From: Takakia lepidozioides
Taxonomy: Eukaryota > Plantae > Bryophyta
DNA: 64,000 bases
Assembly: GCA_030704615.1 (NCBI GenBank)
Contig: CM060732.1
Location: 70,866,001 to 70,930,000, forward strand
Reading direction: 5' to 3'
In this document: positions 50,347 to 63,810 of the stretch, piece after piece
Layout: every line of letters begins with the position of its first letter
Numbering within the stretch: position 1 is the first letter of the stretch
Position numbers and translations under genes: made by a program
Notes under the pieces: generated by a model
Seen by the model: the letters and a program-made list of their open reading frames with translations, nothing else
Databases searched by the model: none
Told to the model about the DNA's origin: nothing

Positions 50347-51258
50347 TACATGGGTTACAGAGGGTCACAGAGGGTTATACAGGGTCTCAGAGGGTTACAT
50401 GGGTTACAGAGGGTTATATGGGGTGAGGATTACATGGGGTGAGGGTGACACTCTGCGGTGTTACAGAGGGTTACATGGTGGTGAGGGTTACAGAGGGTTA
50501 CATGGAGTGAGGGTTACATAGGGGTGAGGATGACACTCTGCGGTGTTACAGAGGGTTACATGGGTTACAGAGGGTCATAGAGGGTTATATGGAGTGAGGG
50601 TTACATGGTGGTGAGGGTGACACTCTACGGTGTTACAGAGGGTTACATGGGTTAGAGAGGGTTACATGGTGGTGAGGGTTACAAAGGGTCAGAGAGGGTT
50701 ACATGGAGTGAGGGTTACATAGGGGTGAGGGTGACATTCTGCGGTGTTACAGAGGGTTATAAAGGGTCACCGAGGGTTACATGGGTTACAGAGGGTTACA
50801 TGGAGTGAGGGTTACACTCTGCGGTGTTACAGAGGGTTACATGGGTTACAGAGTGTTACAGAGGGTTATATGTAGTGAGGGTTACATAGGGGTGGGGGTG
50901 ACACTCTGCGGTGTTACAGAGGGTTACATGGAGTGAGGGTTACATAGGGGTGGAAGTGACACTCTGCGATGTTACATAGGGTTACATGGGGGTGAGGGTT
51001 GAACCCGGGGCGGGGGTTACAGGGGCTGACGTGCAGGGGGTTACAAGGAACTAGCGGACTGCTGGAAGCGGCGGAACGGCGTCGCAAAACAACGACGCAG
51101 GGGCGACGACGCCGATGGGATGAGGGCAGGGGTGGGGAGGGATTGACCGAGCCCAGCCGGCTGCCTTTCGATGTTTGCCGGAGGCGGAGAACCGGCGGTA
51201 CGGGTGTCAGGGCTGGACCTGCTTGCATTAAATTCTTACATTATTCCTATTATCTTCC
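50347..51258 (-). mobile_element. Mutator-like terminus, inverted copy of 8494-~9400
   Basis: GGGTTAC array followed by the same unique subterminal sequence and the TIR CATTAAATTCTTACATTATTCCTATTATCTTCC. Confidence 0.92.
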
Positions 51259-51936
51259 TATATATATATATATGGAAACCTGCCCACAATTTAGGTCCTT
51301 GAGGGGGGGATTTTTTTTTTTCTTTTCTTTTCTTTTCTTTGGGAAACCTGGGAGCGACAGCCCACAATTCTTCGGGAAAGATTAACCCCCTTTCATTTAT
51401 GGACAATGAGACCTATAACGCCCAGACGTACCGTCACGAACAATCCCACACACAGGCTTCCACCACAGCGCCACACGCTGTGCACTTACCAGCTGAGCTA
51501 CCAGCTGATGTGCTTTAAAAAAAATCTCAAACCTCCTTCATCTTCTTAATCGCCTTAGTAGGCATGCAAACAGTGAACTTGTGTTATTTGGATTTCAGCA
51601 ATTATCCATGAATTTTACTGGAACTTACAATGTCCGTGGGGATTAGTGGGCCGGATGTCTCGGAAGGTCGAATTCTTGACATTGCTGAATAGGTGAAAGG
51701 AACAATCATGTCTTTTCAACAGGTAAGAACACAGTTTAAAGTACACTGAGAGCTGTGCATGCATACACACAAGATTCTCTGGAAAAAAGGCTTGCTGTGC
51801 TTGTTCAGCAAGACGGAACTGAGAGGGAAGTCATGATCTGTACAAGCTATCACTACTCCCACTGTCAGTGGTGGCTAAGCTTGGCTGCAGTTCGAAAAGC
51901 TGCAGAGAGGAACTGGGTGAGGTTGTCAGAGGGTTG

Positions 51937-54751
51937 TCAGTGTTTGTGCAGAAAGTAAGCCTTGGAGATATCCTCTGCAACTTGGACCGCATCGTACGAA
52001 ACTCCAGCCAGTCCTCCACGACCAAAACCCACCGCGTATAAGCCCCGCTCTCCCTTCCATCCATTTGGAGCTTCTTTCTTGGGGAATCCATCAGCACCGA
52101 ACATGTTATCATCCTGTCCAGTGTAAATCTTGCAGTTAGTAATCAGTAGCTTGTAGATGAGAGATGGGAAGCTTCATTGATCGGGGACCTCTTGGCACTA
52201 AACAGGACTAATTTGGAACCGAAATGGTTGTTGAGTTGCGATTCGATTGTCCTCTTCAAATCCGAACTCTAATGTGGTGTAAATCTCGCAAGATAATGTC
52301 GTGTTCTGAGTTGGGTTGTTCTTCAAGAGAAAATGTGAGATCTGCAATCTTACCTTCAACCAGCATTGCACGTTGCTCTTGTAACCTGTGGCCATTATGA
52401 TGTCATCGAATTCTTTGTAAGTACCATCCACAAAGTGAACTCCCTTTTCGGACACGCATTCTATGGCAGGCACCACCTGCACAAAAAACATTTGCACAGT
52501 TGAATTTTGAGATGAGAAAAGTGTATAAGCAGATAGAGATTTGATAGAAATGATCTCAACAGTGAGGTTTGACACAAGGAAAAAGAAATATACGTAGACA
52601 AAGGAGGAATGGTAGAGCTTACCTTGACATGTCCACTCCTTACTTTCTCTAATATCCCAACGTCCAAAACAGGTGTCTTTCCTGTCCTCATCTTCCGCTC
52701 AAGAGGACCTTCCTTGGGCCTTTCGATCCCAAATTTGGCTACGCAGCCCATGGATAGTCGCGAAGCAAGAACAATGCAAGAGTCCACAAACCAGAGAGGA
52801 AAGTACTTCTTCAGCCACGATATTACTTGAAAGGTCGAAATAAGTCCAAGTAACTCTCTCGGCAAGACATGGTACTGCACAAGTGCCAAAATACAGATTC
52901 AATATCCTGAAAATTTTACACGACGTTTGCCAGCATGCTCAAGAAAATAATGATCTTGTCAGATGAGGGCGGGATTCCCAGATAGCTAGCAGTCAGTTTT
53001 CTGTCATGACACAGAAGTAGGCTCGTACCCACATGGGCTGTTCACTTCATGATGTAACTTATCAACAATTCTCCTATTTTTTCAAGACTGTATACTGGAC
53101 TCATACTAGATAGCAAAGGCTCAGCAGTAGGACTTCGAACTGTTTCGGTAAAAGACTTTGCAATTGGCTCGTCAACTGTAAGCGATACCTGGAGGTGCAG
53201 ATAAAGTGCCCGAAGTGCAGTTGCTCGCAAGATTTTGAGTCTTTTACAGTTTTTTATTTCTCTCTACATACTGTGCATTCACAAACTTAAACGAGCAGTG
53301 AGTCTAAACCATGCATACCTCTTTGGTTATGTTTCAGGCAAAGAGGTGAAGAGCACAATGATAGTCACTGTAGAAAAGCTTGAACTCTAGCTACGATGTG
53401 GTTTCATCTATTCGGCATAGCTTAGCAAGGTGTCCAATACCTACTTCTCCTGTGGGGAATGGAGTAAGTGTGATCCAGTGATCGTACGTAAGAATATGCA
53501 GTTTGTTATTGAGGGATCATGAGAGTTAATAAAGATTCAAGGAGAGGGACTAGAATATCCAAAATGTGACACCTCAGTGAGTTGTTACTTCGCCAATTCT
53601 AGTAGCAGCACCTGCAATGTTGCAGAAAAGCCTGCTTTTGACGAAGCGGGAGCTGGTATAAACCAAAACATTTGGCCACCCGGCAAGGACACACAAAAAT
53701 CAATTAGTAAAGGGGGTGTAGTCTCACATTCCTCAGTCTTTCTTTTCCTACAGGCTCAAATAGCCCTTTTGTAGTTCAGGTCTATTTGATTTTCCTTTTC
53801 TTCTTCTCTGCACACCGTCTGTCTCCAACTAATTCTTGGCCCAATCAACAATGCAAAAGCTCCTATACTTTAGGCAGATTATCACATAGTGCCAAGTAGA
53901 GCCTACAGTGGCTCTTGCCACATTCCTGTCACACGCTTAGTGCTCACAATACCTTTCTTCATTCCAGTCATGTACAATTACACGATAGCAACACGCCAAA
54001 CATCCGCTCGAGTCCCATCAATCTAAAACTCCCTGGACAATGAATTCACAACGATGGCACATGGTACTGGAACATATCCAGTCCTCCCAGCCTCCACACC
54101 ATGCACGATTCTCCCCATTCCAGCTCTGTTCTTCAATCTCACGGCACTTTCTCAATGCCTTTTTTCTCCATCCCTGTTCACAGCTCATATCTACAACTTT
54201 TCACTCCAGGGAGAGAGAGAGAGAATCCTAATCTTTTCTATATCACATCCTATTCACATGTAGCCACGATCACATAGAGCCTGCCACCTACTTCATCACA
54301 TGACAGCCCCTTTCTTCTCGCCAGACAGTTGTTGAACCGAGGTGAACGCTTCAATGCCCAGCCAAACCTGTCACAGGTTGTTCGAGTCAGGGAGGGACGT
54401 TATATGTAGCCATACTGGATTTTGGACGACGAGTGAGGGCGTGGCCTTGTAGTTGGCGAGGTCCAGTGCGACCTCCATTCCTGTGTTACCGCAGCCCAAA
54501 ACAAGCAATTTTCTGTTCTCATATCTTTCTCCATTCCTGTATTTACTTGCGTGGATGATATTCCCAGCAAACTCGTCTTCTCCCTTTAGCGAGGGCCGAG
54601 AGATGTCAGCGTTCTCTCCTGACGCTACCACAAGCCAGTTGGCCGTGTAGATCGTCTGAACACCTTCCTCTTTCGAGTCGAATATGTCCAAAGCCCAGAG
54701 ATTGTCCGAAAACCGTGGACTATTGGTTTGGCCCTTTGGATTGGCATTGTT
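51937..54751 (-). CDS. YUC: YUCCA flavin monooxygenase, 3' four exons only (N-terminal FAD-binding part not found)
   Basis: [63 protein letters not shown]. Stop at 51937-51939. Confidence 0.88.
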
Positions 54752-56149
54752 CATGGCCACCGTGATTTCATTTGATCAAGAGGGCTCAAATTATCCATCA
54801 TCTGGCTCTGCTGCCTTAGCCTCGAAAGTTGAGCGCTTGGCAAGTCCTGTCACTATGGATGTCTAGAGTGATCACATGTGCTCTACCTGTCATTAGATCA
54901 GAACCCCATGATCAACTTCCAGATGTGCCAAGGCAGCATATTTACTGACGTTTAACCTCTAGCTCCCAAATGCAGGGTCATGCAGCAGGGTCAGAAAATG
55001 AATATTTCCGACCACACAGCCGGCATTGACAATGTCCTTTTCTTGTCTGCATCTGCTTATTGTTCTAAGGTAGACTCCCGCCCTCATTTTGGATTTCAGT
55101 CTAGTACTGACTGTAGCTAGGCCCTTCAAATCATCCTTAAGGTGCTCAGCCATGTTGCGGACTGAATAGATGTTTCTTGCTGTAGCGGCTTGGCTGTCAG
55201 CCCCATGGATATAGCAGAAATGATAGCGAAGGAATCCTAGTAATACCTCTGAATTCAGCATCTCGTTTGTGTCGTGGTTCATCATGTAAGGTTGCTATAA
55301 TGATGAAAATTCCTTGCAGATTCACTACGGATGCGAAGATCAAGAGTATCTCAGTGATTGGTGGTGTGGCACCAGTCCTGGTAAGATGCGCGTGTATGAT
55401 TTTAAAAACTCCTTGCTTCTACGAATGGGGAGGGTGGCATCAAGGTACTTGTCGATTGTACGAGTAGCTAAGTAACTAATAGAGTGTAGGTCAAGGTGAG
55501 TAACTGAGTAACTAATAGAGTGTAGGTCAAGTGATCCATTTCGTGCTCACCGAGTATTGATCCAATCTGTTAGAGAGTGCACTAGTAGTATAGATAAGTT
55601 CATGTTAGCCACGGTTGTGTATCCAATGATTCCAACATTGCAACAGGTATGGGATTTTCACTCACTGAGGTTTGATTTATTGGCAGACCATTAGCAGACA
55701 CCACTACTGAAGTGCAAAATGGAGGAGAGGTCGTACTCATAGAGGTTGTTCTGTGTTGGAAAAAGTGGCGTTATGAGCAAACCGAATTGCCATGTGAACT
55801 ACTGGAGGAAAGCTCTGGGTTGATTACAATTTGTTCCTTTGTTGCAGTTTCATAAACAGGGACGATATTGATTTCCTGACCGCTGGAAAATTCAGGTTTT
55901 GTTTCTCCCTTCATTCGTAGATCTAAGTTGGTCCATGCTCGCAATGGACACATCCAGGCTCAATTATTTTTGTTCTTCTAACCACCAATGGGGTTAGAGT
56001 TTAACAGGGTTTCTAATACCTAATGGAGCCCATTGCGCTGTGATTCTATGATGGCCACAGGAGGGGAGCTTGAATATCCTACCAAGTAATACAGATATAG
56101 GGGAGTATGAATACATAGAAAACATAATCAGCCTGTGCTTCTTGATGGT

Positions 56150-56357
56150 GGGATGTGTAACCCCCCAGTGGGCAATATGTAACCCAATGTAACCCCAAGT
56201 GGAGTTACACACCTCGTCGTGTAACCCCCACTGGAGTTTACACTCCTTCAGTTTCTCAAGAGAGGGTGGGGATGATTTGACATGCTGGAATCCTGGGTGC
56301 CACCTGTCAAAGGTTGCACGTGTGCATTAAGTTATTACATTATTCCTATTATCTTCC
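56150..56357 (-). mobile_element. Solo terminus of the MULE MITE family
   Basis: Matches 38840-39058 and ends in CATTATTCCTATTATCTTCC. Confidence 0.85.
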
Positions 56358-56508
56358 CTAATCGGGGTATGACAACCACCCCTACTAGTTACTACCGGTG
56401 TTGGGCGGTTATGTAATATTTTTGATAACCCCCCCTTCAGGTTCTCTCTTTATGACTGTCAGGTTATTTGCTTCTTGATTTTCAAGAACCACCGGATCCG
56501 GTTATTAA

Positions 56509-58433
56509 CCCTTAAATGCCCAAGCAACGCATGGGTTGCTTGGGTTTGCTTAACCAACCATAACTTCCTGTGGTTAAGGCTGATTGGGCAGCTCAATCCA
56601 TAGAAAATCGGGTCCCCCTTCATACGGCATTGGTCAATGCTTGAAGGGGTACGGGTCTGGACCAATGGGAAGGGGGCCAACTCAGCTTTTTGAGGCCATT
56701 TTGGCCCCCCAAACCTGCCCAAGTTGCTGACATGGCAACCTGGGTCAGGTTAGGGTGAAAGAAATATACCCCAGAAAATATGGGGTGGCACGCTTGCCCA
56801 AACCCCTTGAATGCCCGGCAGGGGCAGGGAGGTGGACACAGGTTTGGGAATTTCCAGGCCTATTCCTAACCTGGAATCGACGGTGATGGCAGCTCCGGCC
56901 ATCGCCTCAGGCCCGTGGCTGGCGGTCTGGATGGAGCTTTGCTGTGAGGGCGGCAAGCTCAGGGCTCAAGAGGTCTCCCATGCGCGGGCCAGCTGTTTGT
57001 AGGGTGTTGGTGCTAATGCAGCCCACCCATGAGGATTGCATGGCGGCGATGCAGCTCGTGGCATTCATTTTCACGCGCAGTGCTTGGAATCTTTCATTTG
57101 GGGTGTATGGATGTTTGTGGCACGATTTTTGCATGAGAGAATCACCCAATGCATTTCTTTGGCGTTTTGTTCTGTCAATTTGGGGTGACATTCCTTCCTG
57201 AAAACCCTAAACTTGCTCATTTCATTGCCCATCAATTTGTGGGATCATGGTTACTTCATCACGGTTTTTTGGCCATCGATTTTGCTCGAGCATGAGAGAA
57301 GCACCTATGGCGTGGTTTTGTGGGTGGCCCAGGTTTCCATGGTGTCTGGCATGTTCGGCTTTGTCCAACCTGAGGGTTCTCTCGATTTGGGGTGACATTC
57401 ATGATTGTGGAACTAAATTGACCTGCGAATTTACATTCACGCTGTCATGGTTCCTGGCACGTTGGCCTTTCTGCAGGCTGAAGTTCTATCAATTATTAGG
57501 TAACATGCTTGACCTGCTCATCCATGTTGGCCATCGATGGTTACTTCATGCGATTTTTGGTCATTTGGCATTTTGTGTCATTTGCATGGTTGCTGGCACG
57601 ATGGTATTTGTCCAGCTTGAGGGTTCAGTCGATTTGGGGTGACATTTCAAGCACACATCGATTTCTAATTGTCTACCTAACTGACATGCGAATTTTGATT
57701 TTGGGTGTCATGGTTCTTGGCACGTTGGCCTTTCTGCAAATGAAGTTTTATCAATTTCTTGGTAACATTTCTGACGTGCGATTCAACCTTGGTGAGACTT
57801 CTTCCCGAGAGCCTAAGTGTGGCCTGCTCATTCCAAATATCCTAGGCCTGTAGGCTATAACATAGGTGTGCCATTTGAAGTCTTGGGCAGGGAACCTAAA
57901 GATGCGATGACAGTTACTGATTGGTCTCAAAAACATTTGGGGACCTCAAATGGATGCCCTTGACACTTCAACCGGAGGGATTAGGAGTTGAACGGCTGAA
58001 ATTTTTTGTAGAATATTTGGAAGAGAGATTTTGGTCTGCCCAAAGAAAATGACCCCCCCCTTTGTCACTACAAAGGAGCTCACTTGAGAACATTTCAGGA
58101 AAAACTGAAAATTTCTGAGGATGTGTGTTATCAGGTATAGAACAACATTCTTGAGACTGTAAGTTTTTTAAAAAAAAAACTGCCTGGGTATTGGCTAAAA
58201 AATTGCTTTTTTTGGCACCTATTTCTTAGAGGAGAGTTGTTTTTGTCCCCACTCTACACTTTATAATCTGCACATCTGGCGGTTCGCTTTTTGTGGCAGG
58301 AGGTGGGGTAGGTGGGAAGTAGTTCTAACGGTCAGTTTTACATGGACACAGAAAATCTCCAGATAAAAAGTTTTTGTGGGCCAGGGTCAAATTTTTCCAC
58401 CAAAGGATGAAAATGAGCTTGGGCACTAAAGGG
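56509..58433. mobile_element. piggyBac-like non-autonomous element
   Basis: TTAA|CCCTTAAATGCCCAAGC ... GCTTGGGCACTAAAGGG|TTAA (TIR 15/17). Internal degenerate repeats containing ATTTGGGGTGACATT. Confidence 0.75.
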
Positions 58434-58984
58434 TTAAGTGGCTTTTCATGTCTTCTGGTTCTGATACATATCGGTTATTAGGCTACTTTCATATGCCAGT
58501 TAACCAATCCGGTTCGGATATATTATAAATCTTATATCGGGGATAGAACTGCCGGATCTTGAAATGGTTTCGGTTAGAAGAGCCTTAAGGCTTAGGCACT
58601 TTGGTGAACTATAACACTTATATATTTATTCTAACACAGCATTCATGTGATTCACAAGACCTCTTCCTTATCATTGTACCCACGATCAAAGAGTAAACAG
58701 GAGATGCTGGCTAAACCTACATCAAGTAACTGTTGGTTACCAGCAAGTATCATTAATTGTAACCGGGAGTCTCATCTTATCCCACACAGGTCAGGTTAAA
58801 TAAAAAATTGTTTTATGCCTCGCCAGTTCCAAAGCCAGCCGGTTATGCCAGCATGTGGCCCTGCCGGTTTCCTTGCACCGCAGGTTATTATAGTTTCTTA
58901 GAACCTCAGGAGCAGTGGGTACATATCCGGAACCGGACCCGCCTGTTATTGGTCACGAATATAGAGAACCACCCAACACTGGAT

Positions 58985-59107
58985 ATCACCCCATTCGTGA
59001 CACTCCAATCTAAATCACTCTCCAGAGTGGGCGGGGAAGATTTGAGAGGCCGGAAACCATCTTACTGTGCTGTTAGAGATCGCACAATTGCATTAAGTTC
59101 TTACATT
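58985..59107 (-). mobile_element. Eroded MULE MITE terminus
   Basis: GGGGAAGATTTGA..GCCGGAAACC..CATTAAGTTCTTACATT resembles 38965-39043. Confidence 0.6.
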
Positions 59108-59364
59108 AAGTATTGCTAGTGTTCTCCTTTTCAGTAGAGGGGTAGTAACGTAGTAACGTATCCTATGATCAAAGACACCACATTGACTAGTCTATTGGTA
59201 AGGCGATGGGGTGGTGACGGTGGTGACAGTAGCTATTCCTCATTGTTCTTTGTTTCAACTTAACTTAGTCAAGTTCGACTTAGCCAAATTTCGTGACGCC
59301 AAATGGGAGTTACACCGATTGGAGTCTTGTGTTTGGAGTTTGGATGCCACTCCAATGATATCAC

Positions 59365-60218
59365 CAGTGTTGTGCGGATCCGGGTCGGGTCCGGGTTTTT
59401 TACCCGGGTACCTGGTGGGTTAGGATCCGGGTTACCCGGACCGGTGCTATCCCCAAAAACCCTGACCCTGACCCGGAGCTGAACCCGGACCAGGCTGCTG
59501 GGTTCAGAACCCGGTGAACCCGTTACCCGTGGTCAAGTGTAGCGGGGTCGGGGTCAAAATTTCTGGTGGGGCATGCGGGGTCCACCTTATATGTTGTAGG
59601 GTAGGTTCTGCTGTCAGCAATAGGCCGCTGCAGCAGCATGCCAGCGTTGTGTAGGCACATACCACCTCAAAAGTGGTTATGGGTTCAATCCACGGATTGG
59701 TGTCACAAAGTTGGGCCCTTCCAGATCTAGTGACACCATAACTTATACCTCGCAAAGGAGGAGTCATACGTTACTCCCACACATCCATGCTATAATCTAT
59801 GAACCTTGAGGCATATTACTATTGTTAACATGTTTCAGAATTGATATTGACGAATGGAACTCAATTTCTGTCTTAATTCTTATGTTAAATGAGCAATACA
59901 TACTTTTTGAAGGAATATGTCCTAAGATAAAATTCATTATTAGGATTTAATTTTATTTCAGCCAAAAATAATTTTATCCCTAATTAATATTATTTTTTCT
60001 AATTTATTTAAATAAATTAACTAGGACCCGGATCCCAACCCGTGAACCCGCTAATATTTTCCAACAACTACCCTGACCCTGAACCGGGTCCGTTTTGAGA
60101 AACCCGGACCCGGATTTTCCAAATTTCAAAAACCCGGATCCCGACCTGGACTAGGCAAAAAAATACCCATACCCGGACCCGGCGGGTTCCTTAAAAAGGC
60201 ACAACCCGCACAACACTG
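59365..60218. mobile_element. hAT-family MITE with ACCCGG subterminal repeats and an internal SINE fragment
   Basis: Perfect 13-bp TIR CAGTGTTGTGCGG / CCGCACAACACTG. Flanks GATATCAC / ATATCAAC look like a TSD with a 1-bp indel. Confidence 0.8.
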
Positions 60219-60850
60219 ATATCAACACATGGGACGAAGACTTTGAAGAACTTATTAGAATGCCAGTGTGATGAAGTCTTACAAAATAGAATTTTTAGTA
60301 GAAAACAAGCTGCTGGCTAGTCGCATATGGCTCCTCTTTGAAATTTACTTTCATCCATTAAGACCTCAAAATTCATTCATTCATTTTTCATAAATTGTTC
60401 AATAAGAAAGATGTTATCTAAGGGAGGTATTACCTTGAGAGAAGTAGTTTTCAGCAAAGGAGAGGAGGTAACACCTTGGGAAGGCACCACAGGGCTCAGC
60501 GATTTCTGTCTGATGCATAGTCTCCTCTTTAGAATAAAGAGGAGCGAACAAAATAAATAATAATAAAAGCACCCCCACGATCCATCCATGTAGAGAGCTG
60601 ATATGAGCCAAAATCATCATTGTAGAGAGCTAATATAAGTAAAATCATCCATGCAGACAACTGATATGCATCGCATCGCGCCTGCAAGACAGCAGTACTA
60701 GAAAGAAGGTCGCAACCGCGATAAATAGCTGGGCTTGTCCAGAACCAATGGAAAGATAGTGTGGCACTCTTTTCTGAAATTTTGACGAATGTTTTCCACA
60801 CTTGTGTTCTTAAAAATGAGAATAGATGATAATCCAATGTCCTGCTGTCT

Positions 60851-63810
60851 TCACTTAGATCCAACTTTGTAGGAGTCCCGCAATGTGACTGTTCGGTTGA
60901 AAACCAGCTTCTCTGCAGTAGAGTCCTTATCAACACAGAAATAACCTGCCCACCCACCAGAATAATTGAACTATTGAAATAGATCATAAGAAACCAAGAA
61001 TAAACAGTTTCATCATGGGATATGCTGAAGCCTCTGTAAGAAATTTGACAAGAGTGAAACCCTACACCCCCCCTGATGCAGTGGAACCCAGACCCACCAC
61101 CATCTAATAGCCCAGTTTCATGACGGGAATACTTTGCCGTCCCCAATCCGGCTCGGACACTGTTGCCAGTGCCATAGGCTTGAGGACACAGAATCCCGTA
61201 GGTACTGGGGCCTCTCAGAGCCGGGGTTGTGCCTAACCATGTATGTGAGTAAACCGAAACTACCAGATCATAACACATAGTTGACGTGAGGCCTTGACAT
61301 CATGCTAGAAACAATCATCTTGCTTCCAAACCACTAGCCCAGTACCTTTCAAAGAGGAAACACAGGCATGTATTTGCACTGCAAGTATCTTGAAAGAGTG
61401 GGAAAGACACAACTGTGAGTGCTAAATGCATGGACACAGTGCGCACGAGCTCAGCCCTACATCAAAAAGATTGCTCTTCTTCATCGATTCAATATGAACT
61501 TCACCTAAGAGCAAAGAAAAGCACCCAATACAATCAAACAGGAATTACTATTAACTTGGAAAGGGTGGTAAGGTGATTCCTATACTTTTGCAGCCACATG
61601 TCCCATATTGGACACATTCAAGCAGGTTCTGCCCTCACAATCCCACTAAAGAGGCTGTGAAGTTAGACTCACCTAAGCGCTCGAACTGGAACTTGTTGCC
61701 TTCCTTTGCAAGCCTCAGTGTGGGGACTGCATATGCATCTGCAATGACTTCTCTCGATTTTGGATTGAGATCTCCAAGCCAATCATCCAACTCACTTGGA
61801 TTCTGCCAGAGAGTTTTACCCAGTCAAATGAGTGAATATCATGAACAAAAAACTGTCAAATGTTTCTCCCATTTAAAAATCATTTTAGTGCAAACTCAGG
61901 GTAACCCCAAATTCTAAAGTCAATGTAATAAAATCGAGTTTCCACCAATCAATCCAAGGCTAGGCAATAGATAACCATGGGAAATTTGCAGCCAAAGCTT
62001 TCTTGAAGAGTAATGTTTCACAAAACTTACAGAACACAAAAAGGTCCATTGCATACAATCATAAGATACACAAGATCTGTAATCCTTAATCACCACCAGA
62101 GAGTGTGAAAGAGAGCCAGACCTCTGATTTGAAGAGCTTGTCAAACGACCGAACCTCCACCTTCAATGGCTCCACGTCAGGTGACGGCTCAGCCACCCAG
62201 TGTATCACACCCTGCAAGAGGCCACAAATAAGGATGTCGGCAGACATACTAATTAATGAATGAGCATACAAAGTGCCTTCCAGCATGGCCCACCATTGAA
62301 GCTTAGGCCGTGGTGGATAGTGGATACCTTTGGCTTGCTGCTCTTGGCACGGTCATACTCTACATGGAGCTCCACAACGGTCTCATTGTCCTCTGCCAAC
62401 ATAACATTTGTACACTTCATGGGATACGCGTATCTGCATATAAATGCCCATCAACCACCACACAAAGGCACACAATTTCCCCAGAATGCATACAATTCAG
62501 CATCTCTCTGATAGAACTAATGAGAAGATGTGCACAGCACTTGGGTAGAGTATCTAATAATTGACAATCCAGATTTAGTCAGGATGGCACCTTTTGCTTT
62601 AATATGGGATGTGTGAGCATACAAGCTAAATACATACTTAAATATGAAGAGGAGAATTGGGAGACGAACCTTAGTAAAACACTTTTCCCTGGTGCAAGGC
62701 CATAGTAGTCTTTGGAGTCTTTCAACCGAAAATCTGACGATTCTATGTACAACACCCTTGAAAACGGTACCTGCAGGAAGAAAGTAGTTTCCCAAAAAAT
62801 TTCAGATGATAACATCAAGGTTCAAACAAAAAAATTGCCACTACTGATCACTTCACCGAGATGCATTTAGTCCCATCTCAGTGTTCCCTTGTTGAGATCA
62901 ACTCTAGCATTGGGAAATTTGTAGTTATCTACCAAAACTTCACTCCTACACATAGCCCATTACCAGGCACTGGCTCACAGACAATTTACCATCAAGCTTC
63001 CTTTCTTTGGAGAATTAAAATGTCTATATAACTGGTATTTAGCAAATAACCTTGCAGTCTATGGTACAAGGATTTCTCTTGAGAGGAATCCTCCCCTTTA
63101 CGGAGCATCTTCCATTAACTGGTGACGAAAGACAGACAAATTAAGACCAGAAACAAATCCAGATAGAAGCTGATGTTGCATATCCAACCCAATCAGCCAG
63201 GTCCAAGCTATTCCAACTAGAGCTGTGACATCAGAGTACAAATGCAAAACGCAAAATTTGACGATTAGGGTGTAGCCTAAAATAGACTACCTACCTTGTA
63301 AGTGCCTGCTGGGTCTCCATCCCTGGCATCCGGCCAGATTTTGGCCTCCAGCTCTTCCACCATGCCCTCTTTAAGATTCATGATTACCACCTGCAAGCCT
63401 CTCCCATTCATTCACTGCACGTGCCTAGCAGAACAGAAACATTTCACACCATTTCAACAGAGCAGAAAGAAAAGAACTTTACAACATCCACGCAGAGCAA
63501 GAGAATGTACTCATAAGACGTTGTTTGCCGTAGCCTTGTGGCCATTGCAGAGCAAGAGAGAGAAAGAGAGGAATGAGAGAAGAAATCTATTACCTCAATG
63601 CCAGGCCAAGATGGAGGCAGTTGAACAAGAAGATACATAAATAATGGACCTCTTAGGCAGACGACAAACAAACATAGGCAAATAACGTGCAACTACAAAC
63701 ATTGACACACCTTTAGAGGATTGAGGACGACCATGGTTCGGGCTGCATTTTTGTTCAAATCATCCCTCACGTAGTGCTCTAGCAGCTCCATTCGAATTAA
63801 GTTATCACTG
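60851..63810 (-). CDS. QARS: Glutaminyl-tRNA synthetase, 3' exons (gene continues beyond the window)
   Basis: Exons LEHYVRDDLNKNAARTMVVLNPLK / VVIMNL / VPFSRVLYIESSDF..YYGLAPGKSVLLR / YAYPMKC / GVIHWV..EVRSFDKLF / FQFERLG / YFCVDKDS..LVFNRTVTLRD, stop at 60851. Confidence 0.93.

Noticed and set aside
8494-51258. Single intact 42.8-kb MULE as a feature call
   Set aside because: No matching 9-bp TSD; kept only as a hypothesis.
55471-55531. 25-bp direct duplication AGTAACTAATAGAGTGTAGGTCAAG
   Set aside because: An ordinary local duplication with no further structure.
60529-61278. 249-aa minus-strand ORF
   Set aside because: Spans a GlnRS intron, the last exon in a different frame and the 3' UTR, with no recognisable domain.
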